From assembly GCA_965215565.1 (NCBI GenBank), contig CBDCDZ010000004.1, forward strand, positions 2,880,001-2,944,000: 64,000 bases of DNA, written 5' to 3'. The translations under genes and the position numbers were made by a program. Under the pieces are notes generated by a model. That model saw nothing but the letters and a program-made list of their open reading frames with translations, searched no databases and had not been told where the DNA came from. This document shows positions 58,094-64,000 of the stretch, piece by piece. Each line of letters starts with the position of its first letter. Position 1 is the first letter of the stretch. Source of the DNA: Trueperaceae bacterium (lineage in GTDB: Bacteria; Deinococcota; Deinococci; Deinococcales; Trueperaceae).

Positions 58094-59833
58094 ATGTCGA
58101 GAGCACATAAATATGACGTGATTGTGATCGGCGCGGGAGGCTCAGGCTTGATGGCGGCGCGCTACGCGGCGCAAGAGCCTGGTGTGTCCGTCGCAGTCAT
58201 CAGCAAACTTTACCCGACGCGCTCGCACACGGGCGCGGCGCAGGGCGGCGTGGGCGCAGCCTTGGGCAACGTCACCGACGACCACCCCGACTGGCACGCT
58301 TTCGATACGGTCAAGGGCGGCGATTATCTCGCGGACCAAGACGTCGCGGAGATGTTCGCGTATGAGGTTGTCGAGGCGGTCTACGAGTTAGAGCACATGG
58401 GTTTGCCCTTCTCGCGCACGCCCGAAGGCAAAATCGCTCAGCGTAAGTTCGGCGGACACACCCGTGAGTTCGGCAAGAGCGCCGTCGAGCGTGCGTGTTA
58501 CGCGGCGGACCGCACCGGACACATGATCTTGCAGACGCTTTATCAGCAGTCCATCAAGAATAACGTGACCTTTTTCAACGAGTTCCACGTGCTTGACATG
58601 ATCATGGAAGACGGCGAGTGTCGCGGCGTGGTGGCGTACGAACTCGCCACAGGCGAGTTGCATACCTTCCAGGCGAAAGCCACGATTGTCGCTACTGGCG
58701 GCAACGGGCGCATGTTCAAAGTAACCTCAAATGCGCACGCCTTGACGGGCGACATGATGAGCGTCGTCTACCGGCGCGGTATCCCCATTGAAGACCCCGA
58801 GTTTTACCAGTTCCACCCGACGGGGCTCTACAAAATCGGTGTGCTTCTAACCGAAGGTGCAAGAGGTGAAGGCGGCATCTTGCGTAACAGCGAGGGCGAG
58901 CGCTTTATGGAGCGCTACGCGCCCTCGATTAAAGATTTGGCACCACGGGATATGGTCTCGAGGGCGATGTACCTAGAGATGCGCGAAGGGCGTGGCACCG
59001 GACCCGACGCCGACTACATTCACTTAGACCTCACCCACATCGACGACCACATCATTGAGACGCGCCTGCCCGACATCACGGAGTTCGCCCGCATCTACTT
59101 GGGCGTTGACCCCTTGAATGAGCCCGTCCCCGTGCAACCCACCGCGCACTACGCGATGGGCGGCATCCCCACCACCATCGACACCGAAGTCATCATGGAC
59201 GGTGACAATACCATCGTACCAGGGCTTTACGCCGCAGGTGAAACGGCGTGCGCCTCGCTGCACGGTGCGAACCGCCTCGGTACGAACTCGCTAGGTGATC
59301 TCATCGTCTTCGGACGCCGCGCGGGTATCTTCGCCGCACGCTACGCCGCGGGAGCGGAGTTTGGCAAGTTGCCCTTAGACGCGCAAGATTTCTCTAGGAG
59401 TCAACTCGACAACGCGCTCAACGGTTCCGGCAAGGAGCGCGTGAGCCGCATCCGTAAAGAGATGCAAGACACGATGATGGACAACGCCTCCGTCTTCCGT
59501 ACCGAAGAGACGCTCTGTACGCAGATTGAAAAACTTAAAGAGCTTAAAGAGCGCTACAAAGGCATCGGCGTTGAGGACAAGGGCGAGCAGTTCAACACCG
59601 AACTCATGGAAGCCATCGAACTCGGTTTCCTCCTAGACAACGCCGAGCACCTCGTCCACGCCGCGTACAACCGCAAGGAGTCGCGCGGCGCGCACTCCCG
59701 CGAAGACTATAAAGAGCGCAACGACGACGAGTGGCTCAAGCACACGCTCGTTTACAAAGACGGCGACGGCGTGCGCATCGACTACAAACCCGTGACCTTA
59801 GGTAAGTACGAGCCTAAACCGAGGGTATACTAA
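58094..59833 (+). CDS. sdhA: succinate dehydrogenase flavoprotein subunit
   Basis: [10 protein letters not shown] (covalent FAD His), QFHPT, HYAMGG, HGANRLG, ESRGAH. Confidence 0.98.
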   Translation: MSRAHKYDVIVIGAGGSGLMAARYAAQEPGVSVAVISKLYPTRSHTGAAQGGVGAALGNVTDDHPDWHAFDTVKGGDYLADQDVAEMFAYEVVEAVYELEHMGLPFSRTPEGKIAQRKFGGHTREFGKSAVERACYAADRTGHMILQTLYQQSIKNNVTFFNEFHVLDMIMEDGECRGVVAYELATGELHTFQAKATIVATGGNGRMFKVTSNAHALTGDMMSVVYRRGIPIEDPEFYQFHPTGLYKIGVLLTEGARGEGGILRNSEGERFMERYAPSIKDLAPRDMVSRAMYLEMREGRGTGPDADYIHLDLTHIDDHIIETRLPDITEFARIYLGVDPLNEPVPVQPTAHYAMGGIPTTIDTEVIMDGDNTIVPGLYAAGETACASLHGANRLGTNSLGDLIVFGRRAGIFAARYAAGAEFGKLPLDAQDFSRSQLDNALNGSGKERVSRIRKEMQDTMMDNASVFRTEETLCTQIEKLKELKERYKGIGVEDKGEQFNTELMEAIELGFLLDNAEHLVHAAYNRKESRGAHSREDYKERNDDEWLKHTLVYKDGDGVRIDYKPVTLGKYEPKPRVY

Positions 59834-59834
59834 T

Positions 59835-59903
59835 AGTAATGAGCAACGAGCAATGAGTGAAACCCTTTAGACTCATTGCTCACTGCTTTCAACTCATTGC
59901 TCG
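59835..59903. repeat. GCAATGAG/CTCATTGC short inverted repeat cluster between sdhA and sdhB
   Basis: GTAATGAGCAACGAGCAATGAGTGAAACCCTTTAGACTCATTGCTCACTGCTTTCAACTCATTGCTCG. Confidence 0.8.
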
Positions 59904-59915
59904 TAAAGGACTTAT

Positions 59916-60638
59916 ATGAACGCAGACGCAATGAAACCCAAGGAAATCAACGTCAAGATTAAGCGCTTCAACCCCGAAGAGGACAAGCGCCCCTACTGGG
60001 CGGAGTACAAAGTCGAGGCGAGACCGACTGACCGCGTTTTAGACGTACTACACGAGATTAAGTGGGAAATCGATGGTACGCTCTCCTTCCGCCGGAGCTG
60101 CGCCCACGGCATTTGCGGCTCGGACGCGATGCTCATCAACGGTGTGAACCGCTTGGCGTGCAAGATTTTGGTCAAGGATTTGGGCGATGACATCTCGGTG
60201 GAGCCGATTCGCGGGCTCGAGGTGCTCAAAGATATGGTTGTCGACATGGAGCCCTTCTTCGACTCCTACAAAGCTGTCTTACCGTACTTCATCAACGACG
60301 ACGCTCCGCCCACCACCGAGCGCTACCAAAGCCCCGAGGACCGCGAAGTCTTCGACTCAACGACGAAATGTATCCTCTGCGCAGCCTGCACGACCTCTTG
60401 CCCCATCTTCTGGACGAACGGCTCGTACTTGGGTCCCGCCGCCATCGTCAACGCGCACCGCTTTATCTTCGACTCGAGAGACGAAGGCACGACAGAGCGC
60501 CTAGAGGTATTAAACCAAGCCAACGGCTTGTGGCGCTGCCGCACCGCGTACAACTGCACGCAGGCGTGCCCGCGTGGGATTCCGGTGACGCAGGCGATTG
60601 AAGAGGTTAAGAAAGAGTTGTTGTGGCGTAGGGCGTAG
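59916..60638 (+). CDS. sdhB: succinate dehydrogenase iron-sulfur subunit
   Basis: RRSCAHGICGSD, CILCAACTTSCP, CRTAYNCTQACP. Confidence 0.98.
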   Translation: MNADAMKPKEINVKIKRFNPEEDKRPYWAEYKVEARPTDRVLDVLHEIKWEIDGTLSFRRSCAHGICGSDAMLINGVNRLACKILVKDLGDDISVEPIRGLEVLKDMVVDMEPFFDSYKAVLPYFINDDAPPTTERYQSPEDREVFDSTTKCILCAACTTSCPIFWTNGSYLGPAAIVNAHRFIFDSRDEGTTERLEVLNQANGLWRCRTAYNCTQACPRGIPVTQAIEEVKKELLWRRA

Positions 60639-60661
60639 GCTTTAGCTCAGACTTAGAAGTG

Positions 60662-60689
60662 AAAGGGGCGCGATGATGCGCCTCTTTTT
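60662..60689 (+). terminator. terminator of the sdh operon
   Basis: AAAGGGGCGCG-ATGA-TGCGCCTCTTTTT. Confidence 0.75.
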
Positions 60690-60750
60690 CTATTACTCCG
60701 CTATAACATCTGAATTTAGCCCACAGGGATGGCTTGTAGTAAGCTTAACT

Positions 60751-62178
60751 GTGTCTTCCTCTGATTTACCCCAAGCTCTGAAACCCTTTTATCAGATGGC
60801 AAAGCCGAATGAGATTATTAGCTTATATAGTGGCGAAATCGAACTCGTCTGTGGAGAAAAACGATATGTGGGAGCGGGGAGTATTTTCATCAGATGGTTT
60901 CCTTCTATCAGTACAGTATTTGAAGTGAAACTAGATGATCGCGAAAGCTGGGATTCCTCATGGCAAGATAGCGAAAAAGCAAGAATCGTCGTCTCCAAAC
61001 TTCAGTTAGAAGAAGATATAATCATCACTAAAATTGAAGCAGGTGGAAACAGTGTAAGAGGAATTCTCAAGTCTCGAGCAAAAATCGGAGATGGCAGCGA
61101 GTTAAAGAGTTTTTTCACTTGACTAATTTCGTTGATCCTTTAACTGACAGTTCCATATCCGTATCTGGAAGGTATGGTTGGAGAAAAGATGGCTTAGTAC
61201 AAGAGGATGAGACTTGGAGAGTGCGGGTCTTTAACACGTTCCATATCCGTATCTGGAAGGTATGGTTGGAGAAAAGATGGCTTAGTACAAGAGGATGAGA
61301 CTTGGAGAGTGCGGGTCCACGCACTAGAGAACAGGCAAGAGATTTTTGACCTCCTTAAAAAGGAAGGGGGTTACGCCATAACGCATGTGGGGAAAATAGA
61401 AAAATGTGATAAGTCGACGTTCACGGTAGATGAAGCTGAAAGCCTTGTTGAAAAGCTTTTCTGGTACTTTTCGTTTCTCAAAGGTTTGTATTGCTCCCCT
61501 TTCCTTGTAGTCGGCTTTGATGAAACAGATAGCAAAGTTTGGGAGCTTTGGAATACAGATAGAATCCAATCAGATTGGCGAAGCAAGAAAAATTGGCTTC
61601 CAAAGAGTTCTCCTTCCCTCAGCACGCTCTTCAAAAACTACTTGATTGCTGTGCGAGAAGAAGCAAATTTTGAGCTTATAGGCTCTACTATTAAATGGTA
61701 TATAGAAAGTCAACAAACGAAAGATGTGAGCCAAGGAATTCTCTGGGCTCAGATGGGATTGGAAGCCTTATCATGGGTTCGGTTCGTAGATTCACACATA
61801 AGTAAAGATGGTTTTGAGAGGTTGCCGATGGCAGATCGTTTACGTCTATTGCTCTCGAGTTCTAAGATACCTATAGAAATTCCACAGCAGCTTACCCATT
61901 TAGGCGAGGGAGCCAAAGCATACAATTGGAAAGATGGCCCTCAAGCCATTGCAGAGATGCGTAACAAAATAGCTCATCCAAGCGTTTCCCAAAAAGATCG
62001 AAATATGCTCAAAAAACTTGGTTTCCACGGTCATTATGAGCTTGAGGAGCTTTGTAGATGGTACTTGGAGCTAGCACTGCTGAAGTTCTTCAACTACTCA
62101 GGGGAGTATCACAACCGTTTGCATTCAGGAGCCAATGTTGATGATCAGGAATTGGTGCCTTGGGCTAGCGATAACTGA
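60751..62178 (+). pseudogene. disrupted HEPN-motif (ApeA-like) putative RNase/defence gene
   Basis: AT-richer than its flanks; C-terminal RNKIAH (RxxxxH); broken by a one-base loss in the T-run at 61110-61115 and by an 88-bp tandem duplication. Confidence 0.65.
61150..61317 (+). repeat. perfect 80-bp direct repeat (period 88)
   Basis: GTTCCATATCC...GTGCGGGTC at 61150-61229 and 61238-61317. Confidence 0.95.
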
Positions 62179-62239
62179 AAACGCGGCAAACCGCTTCACG
62201 CTTACTTTCAAAGAGTGTAGTTCTCTATTCTGAGAGCGT

Positions 62240-62623
62240 TTAACTCGCAACCAGCGCCACCGCCTCAATCTCAATCAACACATCTTTAGGCAGCCGCGCC
62301 ACCTCCACCGCACTCCGCGCAGGAGGCTCGCTCTCAAAGAAACGTCCGTATACCTCATTCACTGTACTAAAGTCCGCCATATCCTTTAAGAAGCAGGTGC
62401 ACTTTATGGTGTTGGCGAGACTCGAGCCCCCCGCCTCCAACACCGCCTGAAGATTCTTCAGAACTTGCTCCGTCTGCGCGGCAACATCACCCTCTAAAAG
62501 CTCACCATTAGGTAAGAGCGCAATCTGCCCCGAGGTAAAGAGCAAGTCGCCGACGCGCACCGCTTGGGCGTAGGGACCGATAGCGGCGGGCGCGTTGTCT
62601 GTAGAAATGATCGTTTTGTCCAT
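62240..62623 (-). CDS. ridA: RidA family reactive-imine deaminase
   Basis: APAAIGPYAQA, SGQI, NEVY..FF...PARS.VEV..LP..V.IEIE. Confidence 0.95.
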   Translation of the reverse strand: MDKTIISTDNAPAAIGPYAQAVRVGDLLFTSGQIALLPNGELLEGDVAAQTEQVLKNLQAVLEAGGSSLANTIKCTCFLKDMADFSTVNEVYGRFFESEPPARSAVEVARLPKDVLIEIEAVALVAS

Positions 62624-62754
62624 AGCGCTACCTTAACGTATTCCAAGAGGTTAAAGAGAAAAAGACTATTACGAAGTTTTCGCAGAGCGAAAGGACTGAG
62701 AAAGGCTTTTTCACTTTCCTCTCAGCACTCAGTTCTTTGAACTCAGTCCTGTTG

Positions 62755-63789
62755 CTACCTCAAACTAAAGTACAAAAACAACACAAAGAGGTAGATGCAC
62801 CCCAAAATCCACACGCGGTACGGATACCAGTTTTGGCGGCGCAGTTTGTCTAAACGGCGACGCGACGGGTACGCCTCTTCGACCTTATAGATGCCGCTCA
62901 TCGTCTCGCCGATATTTACGGACGAGGCTTCTTCTTTGGGCAAGTCGTAGCGTTTGGGCTTGGGCTCGACGGCTTCGGCGAAGAGGACGACGGCGGTCAC
63001 GTTGTCAGGGCTGCCACGCTCGTTGGCGTTTTCTATGAGTTTTGCGGCAGCGTCCTCGGGTGCGTGCTCGCTTAAAATTTGTAAAATCACCTCGTCGGAG
63101 AGGAGCGTGGTGACGCCGTCGCTACAGAGCATGAGCGTGTCGCCAGAATGCACCTCGAAGTGGAAGATGTCGAGCTTGAATTCGGGGGTGGAGCCCAGCG
63201 CGTTGGTGATAATATTACGCCAGCGGTGATGCCGCGCCTCCTCTTCGCTAAGGAGCCCTTGGCGCACCCGATCCGCTACCCAGGAGTGATCCTGGGTGAG
63301 CTGGTGGATTTCGCCGTTTCTGACGAGGTACGCCCTCGAGTCCCCCACGTGCCCCACCAGCCCGATCTGATCGTCAATGAGCAACGTGGTCAGCGTCGTG
63401 CCCATGCCGCGACTTTCGGGATGCAGGGTGGCGTAGTCGTAAATCTCTAAGTTGGCGTCTTGGACGGCGCGCGCGACGGCGGCGGGCGGATGGGCGTGCG
63501 CTTTTTTGAGCGCGCGGCTCAGCACCTTGACTGCTGTCTGACTGGCGATTTCGCCCGACTGGTGTCCGCCCATGCCGTCCGCGACAATGCCCAGAACCCC
63601 TTGGGGCGTCGTGTCCACGAAGTAGGTATCCTGGTTGACCTTGCGCACCTCGCCCGCTTCGCTCTGACCCGCAAAATGGATGCGCGTCGCGGCGAGCTGT
63701 CCCTTAGACTGCGGCTTGGTTTGGGACTTGGCGTCAGACGCCGACGCCACAATTCGGTTCTTGGTGGCTTGGGGCGGCGCAGGCTTCAT
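62755..63789 (-). CDS. PP2C-family Ser/Thr protein phosphatase with C-terminal membrane anchor
   Basis: NQD, VADGMGGH, MGTT, HVGDSRAY, CSDG, DNVT; C-terminal TM helix. Confidence 0.93.
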   Translation of the reverse strand: MKPAPPQATKNRIVASASDAKSQTKPQSKGQLAATRIHFAGQSEAGEVRKVNQDTYFVDTTPQGVLGIVADGMGGHQSGEIASQTAVKVLSRALKKAHAHPPAAVARAVQDANLEIYDYATLHPESRGMGTTLTTLLIDDQIGLVGHVGDSRAYLVRNGEIHQLTQDHSWVADRVRQGLLSEEEARHHRWRNIITNALGSTPEFKLDIFHFEVHSGDTLMLCSDGVTTLLSDEVILQILSEHAPEDAAAKLIENANERGSPDNVTAVVLFAEAVEPKPKRYDLPKEEASSVNIGETMSGIYKVEEAYPSRRRLDKLRRQNWYPYRVWILGCIYLFVLFLYFSLR

Positions 63790-63905
63790 AAAGACTAATT
63801 ATACACCGCCCACCTCACCGCGTTGGGAAGTAACTCGCCTTTGCAGTTGCCACATGACCTGAATGTTTGCAGGTCCTTGTACTCGGGCGAGCCAGGAAAA
63901 ACCTG

Positions 63906-64000
63906 TAGCAGGTATTATCTGGTCAGAGACACGCTCACTAAGTAAGTTATTGTTTGGCACGCACTTTCAGAGATGATATCTGCGGCAACTCGCCTCAGTA
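63906..64000 (+). repeat. dispersed intergenic repeat, copy 7 (truncated by the window end)
   Basis: TAGCAGGTATTATCTGGTC..ACGCTCAC...GGCACGCAC...AGATGATATCTGC...CTCAGTA. Confidence 0.85.

Noticed and set aside
61150..61317. Possible CRISPR array
   Set aside because: Only two 80-bp copies with an 8-bp gap, inside a coding sequence; no cas genes.

Overview
A GC-rich bacterial chromosomal segment, most consistent with Deinococcota (Truepera-like). The evidence for this is an SSB ending DIDEEFPPEEDLPF in an ssb-rpsR-rplI block and many genes with a TAnnnT -10 box 5-8 nt before the start codon (leaderless style). Most of the window is housekeeping or metabolic: rpsR, rplI, era, tRNA-fMet, sirB-cobA/cysI-cysH, glgA, a tRNA nucleotidyltransferase, trmL, folPBK and folC, pyrE, trpS, an M16 peptidase pair, hemH, mutM, hisA, sdhCDAB, ridA and a PP2C phosphatase. 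Unusual items: (1) a four-gene candidate defence/signalling module at 18.2-24.1 kb, made of a MORC-like GHKL ATPase fused to a histidine kinase, a receiver-domain protein, a His-rich unknown protein and a convergent gamma-class m6A DNA methyltransferase, with no recognisable restriction nuclease; (2) seven copies of a ~115-190 bp intergenic element with an internal 13-bp inverted repeat and TAGC...GCTA ends; (3) a ~260-nt intergenic region at 52.75-53.02 kb with strand-specific RNA-structure hallmarks; (4) strong over-representation of CTCGAG; (5) a broken HEPN-motif gene carrying an 88-bp tandem duplication; (6) an animal-type [2Fe-2S] ferrochelatase; (7) a folK with no canonical start codon; (8) a mazEF-like pair and an orphan Dam-family methyltransferase. 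All calls come from reading motifs by eye; no database searches were run.
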